A stretch of 64,000 bases of DNA from Tetramitus jugosus. Lineage: Eukaryota; Protista; Heterolobosea. Each line of letters opens with the position of its first letter. The first letter of the stretch is position 1. The DNA lies in contig OW569386.1 of NCBI GenBank assembly GCA_937625935.1, positions 62,001-126,000 of the forward strand, given 5' to 3'. Of the stretch, positions 11,045 to 20,002 are shown piece by piece. The notes beneath the pieces were generated by a model, which saw nothing but the letters and a program-made list of their open reading frames with translations, was not told the origin of the DNA and ran no database searches. A program made the translations under genes and the position numbers.

Positions 11045-11059
11045 ACAAGGGGAGAATTG
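11045..11059 (+). promoter_or_regulatory. Conserved upstream element ACAAGGGGAGAATTG (paralog A)
   Basis: Exact 15-mer shared with 12479-12493 at a similar distance from the ATG (119 vs 128 bp). Confidence 0.45.
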
Positions 11060-11163
11060 GCTTGCGCAGCAAAACCCATCAGCTTTTAACGCGACACCCA
11101 ACCGCCAAAACTCTGCCAAAACATCAAAACAAACAAAACCAAAAACATCTGTATTTTTTAATA

Positions 11164-11838
11164 ATGAGAGCTACCATTATTCTTGCTGTTCTTGTGATCT
11201 TGGCTATCGCATCCCTTGCAACTGCTTACTCTCCAAGAGGACGCAACGTTCCACAGAGAAAGTACCGTGTCAACAGTGATAGAAGCATGCCACATCCTGT
11301 CAGAAGACCATTGGCTGACTTGTCAATCAGGAGACCAGACTGGACCACTACTTATCCAACTTTCCCAACAAGACAACCAGTCTTGTTCAGCGACAAGATG
11401 GTCTACGGCCCAGCTCCAAGATACAACAGAAGACAACCTGTTTACTTGAGCGACAGAACTCTTCCATACAACCCAATCTATACCACCTATCCAATCAGAA
11501 GACAAGACTTGTTGAGCGACTCTGAACTCTTGATCATCAGAAAGGACAGATTCGGCAACATTGTTGGAAGAAATATTGTTCACAATGATGAAGAAGAACA
11601 ATGGGGTGTCAGTGGTAACATTGGCTCTGGTGGTCAATGGAACGCTGGTGGATCTTACACTGGAAGAGTTGGCAACGGTGACTTGAAGGTTGGAGGAAAT
11701 GTTGGCAACGGTGGAAACTGGGGTGTCAATGCTGGATACTCTGGCAAGATTGGAAACTCTGGATCCTACAATGTCGGTGGCAACTACAACCGTGGTGGAA
11801 ACTGGGGAGTTGGTGCTAGCGCCTCTTTCAGATTCTAA
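11164..11838 (+). CDS. Secreted multi-peptide precursor with Gly-rich beta-hairpin C-terminal domain (paralog A, 224 aa)
   Basis: Signal peptide MRATIILAVLVILAIASLATA; repeated ...SD cassettes; DEEE linker; GGNWG repeats; close paralog at 12607; AATAAA downstream. Confidence 0.85.
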   Translation: MRATIILAVLVILAIASLATAYSPRGRNVPQRKYRVNSDRSMPHPVRRPLADLSIRRPDWTTTYPTFPTRQPVLFSDKMVYGPAPRYNRRQPVYLSDRTLPYNPIYTTYPIRRQDLLSDSELLIIRKDRFGNIVGRNIVHNDEEEQWGVSGNIGSGGQWNAGGSYTGRVGNGDLKVGGNVGNGGNWGVNAGYSGKIGNSGSYNVGGNYNRGGNWGVGASASFRF

Positions 11839-12478
11839 ATTGTGTCAAATGTTTGTCGTATTTTGAATAAACAAAGATACAACATGTCTCGCCAAAAGGT
11901 GTGCCTTTTTATTGTTCTCTGCAGTACGCAATAGTAAGTGAAGCTCATGTCGCCAGAAACTTTCTCAAGTCTCCAACAAACGATGGAGAAGGGCTTCTAA
12001 CAATGGGTCCTTGGAGTCTCTGAGATGGGAGAGCACAACTCAATCATGTGAACATGATTGGGCTCAGACATCTTCGTTCACAATGCGGATGGCTGAGATT
12101 GTGATGGTTTGGTGCATAGTATTGCTTCAAGTCAAAGTGACGTGCTTAGTGGATTCAGCCTGTTCTGATTACAGTCTGAATTCCTTCATGAAGCAGACAG
12201 CTATCATCTTCTCCAGGATTAGTCATCTTTAAAAAGAGTAATTGTACACTCATTGCAAAACAAATCCTTCCCAATATCTCCTTCAGTCACTCCTGTCTCT
12301 TCCCAATGAAGAATAACAACCAGATCTGGTTCTGTAAGGCTGGGTGGGGCGAATTCTGAGCTAGAACCCTATCAACTAACGGAGAATAAACAAAGCTCAA
12401 TCATTGGATTCTGGTCAGTCAACCTGCACTGCTTGTCATCGTCTTGTTCAAAAGTTTTTGGAAGCTTGGGGTGGTCTC

Positions 12479-12493
12479 ACAAGGGGAGAATTG
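12479..12493 (+). promoter_or_regulatory. Conserved upstream element ACAAGGGGAGAATTG (paralog B)
   Basis: Exact match to 11045-11059 within otherwise diverged flanks. Confidence 0.45.
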
Positions 12494-12606
12494 TCGAGCA
12501 GCGGGGACCCCACAAACATTTAAAAGTCGAACCAACTGACCCAAACATTCTGAAAAACATCTCAACTAAAACATAACCCAAAACCCTTGTACTTTACTCC
12601 TACACG

Positions 12607-13407
12607 ATGAGAGCTACTGTCATTCTCGCTGTTCTTGTAATCTTGGCTATCGCATCCCTTGCAACTGCTTACTCTCCAAGAGGACGTTATGCTCCACAAA
12701 GAAAGTACCGTGTCAACAGTGACAAGATGCCATACTTTGATGAACCAGATTGCATCTCTAAGCCACCTTCATTCAGAAAGCCAATCATCTTCAGTGATAG
12801 AATGATCCTCAATCCAAACTATCCAAGATCCAGAATCGCAAGAAGACAACCAGCCTTGTTGAGTGATAAGATGGTCTACAGCCCAGCTCCAAGATACAAC
12901 AGAAGACAACCTGTCTACTTGAGCGACAGAACTCTTCCATACAACCCAATCTACACCACTTATCCAATCAGAACTCTACCATACTTGTTGAGTGACTCTG
13001 AATTGATTGCACCAGTTGAATGGGAAGGTAGAAGAATTGGCAACAGATACAGATACATGACTCACGATGATGAAGAAGATGAAGAAGAGAAATGGGGTGT
13101 CAGTGGAAATGTTGGATCTGGTGGATGGAGTGCAGGTGGATCCTACTCTGGAAAGGTTGGCAACGGTAAGGCCAGCGTTAGTGGAAACGTTTCCAAGGGA
13201 GGAAACTGGGGTGCCAGTGGATCTTACTCTGGAAAGGTTGGTAATGGTAACTTGAGTGTTGGTGGCAACGTCTCCAAGGGTGGAAACTGGGGTGCCAATG
13301 CTGGATACTCTGGCAACATTGGTAAGTCTGGATCTTACAGTGTTGGTGGTAATGTTTCCAAGGGAGGAAACTGGGGAGTTGGTGCTAGCGCCTCTTTCAG
13401 ATTCTAA
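12607..13407 (+). CDS. Secreted multi-peptide precursor with Gly-rich beta-hairpin C-terminal domain (paralog B, 266 aa)
   Basis: Same architecture as paralog A with one extra 27-aa Gly-rich repeat; identical C-terminus GGNWGVGASASFRF. Confidence 0.88.
   Translation: MRATVILAVLVILAIASLATAYSPRGRYAPQRKYRVNSDKMPYFDEPDCISKPPSFRKPIIFSDRMILNPNYPRSRIARRQPALLSDKMVYSPAPRYNRRQPVYLSDRTLPYNPIYTTYPIRTLPYLLSDSELIAPVEWEGRRIGNRYRYMTHDDEEDEEEKWGVSGNVGSGGWSAGGSYSGKVGNGKASVSGNVSKGGNWGASGSYSGKVGNGNLSVGGNVSKGGNWGANAGYSGNIGKSGSYSVGGNVSKGGNWGVGASASFRF
13093..13404 (+). repeat. Intragenic ~81-bp (27-aa) tandem repeat encoding GGNWGxxGSYSGKVGNGxxSVGGNVSK
   Basis: Repeat visible in DNA and protein; the equivalent region in paralog A (11602-11835) is one unit shorter. 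Confidence 0.85.
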
Positions 13408-13633
13408 ATTGTGTCAAGTCGTGTTTGAATAAACGAAAATACAACTTTTCATACCCAATCACGCACCTTGTTTGTTGTCACAAAAATATTTTGAGGACTG
13501 TAGATTTTTGGCAGTTGGCGTCATCGTGAGGTTTTTTTTAGAACATGTTCAGATTGTACAGTTCAAGAGATGGCCAGATAAAAGCTGAAAGATCTTGCCC
13601 AAACAAAACCAACGAATCATAGCAAATAACAAC

Positions 13634-13837
13634 ATGCAAAGAAAGGGAAGAGTGGGTGGTGCACAAACTAACAAAACAAGAGATCGAGGCAGATGTCGAA
13701 AGAAGAACTGCTCCTGGTGCCATTCAAAACCAGCAACCAAGAGCGCCTGTAAAATCAAAGGCGAAAAGAACAAGGGTTTCTTGAGACAAAATATTCGTGA
13801 TATCGCAAGATTTGACCTTGACTTTTGCTTGGACTAA
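13634..13837 (+). CDS. Small basic Cys-containing hypothetical protein (67 aa)
   Basis: ATG after an A/C-rich leader; MQRKGRVGG...CRKKNCSWCH. Confidence 0.35.
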   Translation: MQRKGRVGGAQTNKTRDRGRCRKKNCSWCHSKPATKSACKIKGEKNKGFLRQNIRDIARFDLDFCLD

Positions 13838-14201
13838 AGTCAGTGAGCTCCTGACTAAAAATTTTTTCAATCGGAACATCTTTAATGCTGTGTGGCCTGT
13901 AGGATCAGATCTATTCTCTCTACGGTGCTTGTGCTGTTCGTTTACTATTTTCGTTGCTGTAGTCTCCAGAAGGAAAAACCTCAACAATGGGCCATCGTTA
14001 TGAAACCATGGCATCTCATAAAATTACCTCGCTTTCTGAAACTCTCATTTGAGTCTCTTAATGATGTTTGCGTCACTGTTTTTAACTTAACGCCATCGAT
14101 CTGGTTGGTTTTGTTGGTATTCCCACCATTCCCGCGCCATCGGTCCGAACTTGCTCCATTGAACATGAATCTTCGCACAACCTGAAAGCCAAACAAAATC
14201 A

Positions 14202-15710
14202 ATGTTCAAACTCGCACAACTACAAAAGCCAATCATCACAACAACCACAACAGTCATCATCAGACAAAGAACCAACAACGTCATATTCTTCACCTACCAT
14301 CAACAACTCTTACACAACATCATGAATCACATTTCACTCATCAACGTTGGCAACAAGACCTATCGCAAACACAATCACAACAACCTTAACAACAACCTTA
14401 ACAAGAACCGTAACAACAATTGCAATCATGATCAAACAACAGAAGTAGATGAAGAGAATAAAAACTATGAAGATGAACCATACTTGACATGCACAATCAT
14501 GGACTCTCGAAGCACTTTCCTATCATCATCATCATCATCATCATCAATGGTTGCTACTGCAGCTGAGACTGATGATGATCAATATGATGATAATGATACT
14601 ACTCAACAGAGTGAAATTACCACTGTTACCACAACTACAACTACTTCTACTACTGCTGCAGTTTCTGCTAGTGATAAGAATAATGATAGTAGTGTCAGTG
14701 AATTCAAGTTCAAGGATTCTATCGAAGTCGATTCATCCATGGTTCGTCATCTCATTGGCTACAAGTATCAAACAATCAACTCGATTATGAAAAAGTCCAA
14801 TACTCGAATCACTGTATCATCATCTGCTGCACCATCTATGAATACGAATACTACTAATAACAACAATCAACAACATCAACATCAACAACATCATAGAAAG
14901 AGACATCATGTGAAGGAACCCGTGTGGATTCATGCCAATGAGTTGAGTGATATCGAATTGGCAAAGAATGAAATACTTCAATTGATTGAAAGCAAGTTAC
15001 CATTCACTCATTTTCTGAGTTTGCATCTAGTGAATGATCCAACAGTGCACTCCAAGCTCTCTCAGTTCTTTGATGACTTGAAGGTGACTTTTCCATCGAT
15101 TCACAGCACAGTGTACATTTCTCCCAGTCGATTCCACTTTACGATACAAATGCTTCGATTGTCCAATCAGGACAAGATTGATCAGATGAAACAATTGTTG
15201 AATGATGAGATTCAACCCATTATCAATGAACTGTTTTCGAACAATGGTTTTGGTAGTAGTGGTATTGATGCAGTGGAGTTTGATCGATTGGACACGTTTA
15301 GAGACAGACAACACACAAAGTTGTCTCATACGTCTGTTGTGTTCCTTAAGCCAAAGACCAATACAACGTACGATCGTATCATGGAGATGGGCAACAGAAT
15401 CAAGTCTGTCCTGTTAAAGTACAAGTTGATCAATCAAAAGGAATCTCAAGAGTCATTGGTGTTGCACGCCACGGTCATGAACGCAAAGTATGGCAATATC
15501 AAGGGATTTGATGCCGAACAGTTGTTGAACCAGTTTGGAACAATGACTGCTCTCGAATCCAAACTTGGTAACGACTTTAAGGTTCCTCTCACAACTCTAG
15601 AACTGTCAAAGCTCGTACCAAGCAAGACAGATGTGCGAGTCAATGGATTCTATGCAGCGGAAGCAATCATCCAATTCCCTCCACAGCAACAGCAACAGCA
15701 ACAGCAATAA
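14202..15710 (+). CDS. ASCC1: ASCC1-like protein (KH domain + 2H phosphoesterase/AKAP7-like domain)
   Basis: KH: VRHLIGYKYQTINSIMKKSNTRITV. PFTHFLS, followed by two HxT motifs (HFT, HAT). Start codon uncertain. Confidence 0.8.
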   Translation: MFKLAQLQKPIITTTTTVIIRQRTNNVIFFTYHQQLLHNIMNHISLINVGNKTYRKHNHNNLNNNLNKNRNNNCNHDQTTEVDEENKNYEDEPYLTCTIMDSRSTFLSSSSSSSSMVATAAETDDDQYDDNDTTQQSEITTVTTTTTTSTTAAVSASDKNNDSSVSEFKFKDSIEVDSSMVRHLIGYKYQTINSIMKKSNTRITVSSSAAPSMNTNTTNNNNQQHQHQQHHRKRHHVKEPVWIHANELSDIELAKNEILQLIESKLPFTHFLSLHLVNDPTVHSKLSQFFDDLKVTFPSIHSTVYISPSRFHFTIQMLRLSNQDKIDQMKQLLNDEIQPIINELFSNNGFGSSGIDAVEFDRLDTFRDRQHTKLSHTSVVFLKPKTNTTYDRIMEMGNRIKSVLLKYKLINQKESQESLVLHATVMNAKYGNIKGFDAEQLLNQFGTMTALESKLGNDFKVPLTTLELSKLVPSKTDVRVNGFYAAEAIIQFPPQQQQQQQQ

Positions 15711-15768
15711 AACGGTGCAAGGCACTTTTCGTTTTTCTAATTGGATTGAATGCGCACTTTATTATTGA

Positions 15769-17181
15769 TTAAGCAGACCTCCATCCATCATCAGTTTCGT
15801 CATCATCACGAATAACAGCACTGCTGTTCTTTGCATTTCGCACAACATATCTCTCCTCACCCATCACATCACTGTAGTCTTGTTCATCACTGTCTGAACC
15901 TCCACTCTCCTTTTGCTGCTGCTCTTGTTGTTTCTGATTTGTCAAATAGTGTTGTCTCTGTTTCTCATAATGCCCTTTCATCAAATTACCAAACATACTG
16001 AGTGAGAACATGAAGAGAAATCCACAGATGACCATGTACACGAACAGTACTGTCATGCGCTTGGACGAAGAGAATCGATTTGCCATGTCACGATAGGTTC
16101 GATCATGATGCATCTGATGTCTCCTATGTTGCTGTTCATAAAAACTGCCACCACCACTACTACCACCACTACTATTGGTTGAAGTGAATGGATCATCATA
16201 CTGATAATCATAGCGATGATCATGTGGATTATGATAGGGTGATGAATATTGTTGTCTATATTGATAATAGTAGTAGGATGAATCATGAGAATCTTGATTA
16301 AAATCTCTGAATCTCTGTTGTTGTTGTTGTTGTTGCTGCTGTTGTTGTTTGAACACTTCACTCATACTGTACATGCGCTTGATCATGAGATGAATGAGTG
16401 GATTGGGATGAAATCGCTTGGATTGTTGTTGTTGATGTTGTTGATGTTGACCATTGTGTTTCATCTCATTCTGATATCGATAGAATGCCTCGGCTTGTTC
16501 TCTTCTCAATCGATCTCTCATTTCACTGAATGGATCTCTGCCCATGCCACTACTACTACTACTATAATAACGATTATTATTGCTGTTGTTGTTGTTGTGA
16601 TTACTTTGATTTGGATGTTGTTGGTAATAGTAATAATAGTATTGTTGCTGCTGTTGTTGTTGAGCATGAGTGTATGCTGAATGATATGAAGCACCACTAC
16701 CACCACCACCACCACCACTACTCGATGCAGTGGCAGTCGTGAACGTGCTCTTGTTCTGAATGGCGTCATATGCATTGTTGATCTCTGCCATCTTCTTCTT
16801 TGCTTCCGGTGATGGATTCAAGTCTGGATGATATTTTTGACATAGTTTGTAGTAACGTTTTTTGATCTCTTGTTTGGAATCGGTGGGTGATGCACCCAGT
16901 ACGGCATATGGATTTAACGCGTGTGGTTGTTGTTGTTGATAGTGTCCATGAAAACTTCGACTACTGCTGCCATGATTGTTGTTGCAAATGTTAATCAAAT
17001 GCTTGAACAAGAGTGATGATCGTGTTGTTATTGCTGTATTTTGTTGTTGTTGGAAGAATGGACTCCGCTTCAGCATGATCATCTTTGATTCAAATTGTTG
17101 TGTTGCTTCTTTTTGTTTGCACACAACGCGCTGACGGGACGATAAAAAATAGAAAAAAAGGATAAACAAGAATGGATGCAA
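15769..17181 (-). CDS. DnaJ-domain membrane protein, possibly mitochondrial
   Basis: NPYAVLG...EIKKRYYKLCQKYHPDLN...EINNAYDAI; one C-terminal TM; Gln/Tyr-rich linker. The true start may be MIMLKRS near 17080. Confidence 0.85.
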   Translation of the reverse strand: MHPFLFILFFYFLSSRQRVVCKQKEATQQFESKMIMLKRSPFFQQQQNTAITTRSSLLFKHLINICNNNHGSSSRSFHGHYQQQQPHALNPYAVLGASPTDSKQEIKKRYYKLCQKYHPDLNPSPEAKKKMAEINNAYDAIQNKSTFTTATASSSGGGGGGSGASYHSAYTHAQQQQQQQYYYYYYQQHPNQSNHNNNNSNNNRYYSSSSSGMGRDPFSEMRDRLRREQAEAFYRYQNEMKHNGQHQQHQQQQSKRFHPNPLIHLMIKRMYSMSEVFKQQQQQQQQQQQRFRDFNQDSHDSSYYYYQYRQQYSSPYHNPHDHRYDYQYDDPFTSTNSSGGSSGGGSFYEQQHRRHQMHHDRTYRDMANRFSSSKRMTVLFVYMVICGFLFMFSLSMFGNLMKGHYEKQRQHYLTNQKQQEQQQKESGGSDSDEQDYSDVMGEERYVVRNAKNSSAVIRDDDETDDGWRSA

Positions 17182-17215
17182 ATGAGTTTAAAGGCGTAAA
17201 ATAGGTTTATAGCAT

Positions 17216-17538
17216 TTAGTTAGCGACATCCTTGATGATCTTGTTGCTCAAGCAGAACTCGTTCATGGCGTTGTCAGCCTTGCCGTCGTATCTGACCTTT
17301 CCGCAGAAAGCAACGGTGTGATATTCACCAGTGAAAAGTCCGTTTTCGTCAACCTTACCAATGTTAATTTGGACGGAAGCGTGGTCCTTAGCGGTAATCA
17401 AATTGCTGGTAGCGGTACTATAATTGTGAAGGTGTAAGTTTAAAGTTCAATGTTATTGACAATACAGTTAGTTGAAGAGGACACTCACCATTTTCTTGGG
17501 ATGTACAAGTCTACGTTAACACCTTCGTCGTTAATCAT
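17216..17538 (-). CDS. RPS21: 40S ribosomal protein S21 (eS21), intron 17418-17488
   Basis: Spliced product [37 protein letters not shown]...; GTGAGT...TAG intron. Confidence 0.96.
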
Positions 17539-17919
17539 CTTTCTATATGTGTGGTTTTGGCAGAATGGTAATTTGTTTTTTTTCTTTTTGGTTTTTTCAA
17601 ATTTTTTCTCGTCATACTCAGTTGACTGAAGGTTCAACGAACTTACAATAAACTCTCCGACACCAAATGATCTTGGTGATCATCGTTCATGTGGAGGCAC
17701 TATCAACTTACGCTAAAGCCGTGAAGTACTACTAGTACTCTCCTCGATCAATCCCCCAAGAAAGAAAAAAATTGTTGTTGTTGTTTTATGTTTGGATTTT
17801 ATTATTGGTTACACAATCTCCTCGACATCTCTCTTCGTGCACACGTGGCAAAATGAAGAGAAAAAAAATGAGATCTTCTTTGCTCATTCACAAGCAATCA
17901 TGAGAGAGGGTTTTCTCAT

Positions 17920-18186
17920 TTAGAGACCATACTTCTCAATCAAGCTCTTTGCCAATTCGATGTATTCCTTCATGGCATCTTCCTTTGGCATACCTTCTCT
18001 CTCCTTCCATGCATCAAACTTTGCTCTGTCAGTTGGTGAGAAGATGCCTGGTCTATCACCAGTGCAGTCACCAACAGTGGATTGCTTGAACAAGGAGTAC
18101 AATTGCAACAATTCATCGTTGGATGGCTTGGTCTTCAAGTTCTTGATCTTGTCAGCGTAGTCTTGGAAGTCTTGTTCGAGGGACAT
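17920..18186 (-). CDS. ACBP: Acyl-CoA-binding protein
   Basis: MSLEQDF...PSNDELLQLYSLFKQSTVGDC...AKFDAW...AMKEYI. Confidence 0.95.
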   Translation of the reverse strand: MSLEQDFQDYADKIKNLKTKPSNDELLQLYSLFKQSTVGDCTGDRPGIFSPTDRAKFDAWKEREGMPKEDAMKEYIELAKSLIEKYGL

Positions 18187-18644
18187 TTTGTGTGTAGGTA
18201 TAGTTGGTTGTTTTTTGGTTTGTTTGTGATTGGAATTGTTTTTTAATCTTCCGCTGTACGGATCAGATGACGTTGCATGTCCGGTGCCTCCCAATAGCCC
18301 TGGAGATTTGGAGAATTTGATAACCAACCGATTAATTTGGGAACTACAGCAAGCATTGTCCTTACGCTCAGTTCGCCTCCTGACCATTGTTCAAGTGTGG
18401 TATCGCAAGTTCGAGATAACCTCGCTCTCGACAAAAAAATGGGCACACTCCGTTCCCACATGTAATTTTTCAAGTGACCGAGATTGCATTTTTACAGGCA
18501 GGAGCGCGAATTGTTCTTGTTATTCATACTTTTCTCGATCTGATGACAAACTTTTATATAACCAAACAAACTAGAGTCTCTGATCAACCATTAGACCGGT
18601 TGCTTTGACGATAACAACTCTCTGAAACGAAAGCTTTTTATTCC

Positions 18645-19865
18645 TTACATTCGACCACATTTCTTTTCTAGAATGACAGGGCCTTCTTCGTCCCATTCAT
18701 CAATGGTGACGACTAAATCTTGGAAGGTGCTCAAAGAAGCCATGATACTACCTCCTGACCAAGAACTGAACTGCCTGAAAGGGTCCGAGTGAACTTTAAA
18801 GTTTCTAAGAACTCCTTTCTTACGAGCCAGAGAATCCAAATCGGTCGTAATTCTTTGTTGAAAACCGGGTAGCATAGTGTTGCCACCAACGAGAACAAGA
18901 TTGGAGTACATATCCTTCTTGACATCCCTTTCGCAAGAGTTCAATGAATCCCATACCATTTCAGAGATTCCTAGAGCTTCCTTTCCCACAAGAGGAGGAT
19001 GAAACAGCATTTCAGTGCATTGAAGCTTTTCTCGACCAATGATAAATGATTGACCATCAGGTAGCATATACTCCACTTCGAATTGTTTTTCCCTAGCTGG
19101 TTCCAACCACCTTGCACATATCTCCTCAGGAGTAATATTTTCATCAGTATTCACCTGGACAACATGTTGATCGGATTCTTTCAACTCTCTCACAAAATGG
19201 TGTTCAGCAGAGCTCGTAAAATACAACCCACGCTCCAGCAACAAGCGTTGCAAGTATTCGGTTACATCTCTACCTCCCATCTCTAATCTCTTGACACAGT
19301 GATCCAATAGATATCCATCATACACTGGTACAGTGTAAGTCACGTGATCTCCACTATCAATAACCAATCCAGTGGTCCTTCCAGTACTGAACAGAGATAG
19401 GACCGCTTGACTCATCATATGAATACCTGGCATTCCAAAAACATCAAACAAGAACTCAGCCATCTTCTCTCTGTTCTTCGTTGATGTCATAGCGGGTTCT
19501 GTTATGAGAGCCAGTGTTTCTTCTGGGACGATATCCAACAAATCTAAGAAAGCGTGCTCGAAAATAAACTCCATTTGATCCCAATTGGATACAACACCTC
19601 TACTCATAGGATATGATAATGTGTGATTATGCCTGTTAGCCAAAGCAGCTTCTCCAACTTTGTACTCCTCAACTCCAACATGTTCTCCAGCGAGTTTTTT
19701 CAAGAATCGTTTTCTTCTGTCATGAATAGCTGTTTCATTGTACAAGTGAGGTAGACCAACAACAGTTTGAAAGCTCTTCGTTGGGTACTCATTCCCAGCG
19801 TAGCCAGCTTTAAAAACTCCACTTCCAGGGTCTAATACGACAGCTTGTAGGCTATCCTCTGACAT
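18645..19865 (-). CDS. Divergent actin-related protein
   Basis: VVLDPGSGVFKAGYAG, LITEP, TGRTTGLVIDSGD, GGNTMLPGF, WSGGSIMASL. Confidence 0.9.
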   Translation of the reverse strand: MSEDSLQAVVLDPGSGVFKAGYAGNEYPTKSFQTVVGLPHLYNETAIHDRRKRFLKKLAGEHVGVEEYKVGEAALANRHNHTLSYPMSRGVVSNWDQMEFIFEHAFLDLLDIVPEETLALITEPAMTSTKNREKMAEFLFDVFGMPGIHMMSQAVLSLFSTGRTTGLVIDSGDHVTYTVPVYDGYLLDHCVKRLEMGGRDVTEYLQRLLLERGLYFTSSAEHHFVRELKESDQHVVQVNTDENITPEEICARWLEPAREKQFEVEYMLPDGQSFIIGREKLQCTEMLFHPPLVGKEALGISEMVWDSLNSCERDVKKDMYSNLVLVGGNTMLPGFQQRITTDLDSLARKKGVLRNFKVHSDPFRQFSSWSGGSIMASLSTFQDLVVTIDEWDEEGPVILEKKCGRM

Positions 19866-20002
19866 TGTTTCGAACCGGTTGATTTGTGTTTTCCTCCAAA
19901 CTTGGTGTCCAGAATGTGAATGTTCGTCGTACCGTAAATGACTCATCTGGCGGAGAAAATAGCAACAAAAACAGCTTTGAACTTCAGATTGATTGGGTGA
20001 GT

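Noticed and set aside
11047-11059. GGGGAGAATT as an NF-kB-like site
   Set aside because: Lacks the 3' CC half-site, and Rel factors are not expected in this lineage; kept only as a conserved motif.
10909-11163. 85-aa N-terminal extension of paralog A in the ORF track
   Set aside because: Non-ATG start overlapping the formin end; paralog B shows the true start is MRAT at 11164.
11900-12400. Possible relic gene or third paralog between the two precursor genes
   Set aside because: Only short ORFs, with no visible similarity to the paralogs.
13724-14166. Possible spliced minus-strand gene MFNGASSDRW...
   Set aside because: Splice sites are plausible but the product has no recognisable features and overlaps another candidate ORF.
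18360-18425. U2-like TCAAGTGTGGTATC and tRNA A/B-box-like words
   Set aside because: No U2 stem I or GTAGTA, and no cloverleaf stems can be formed.
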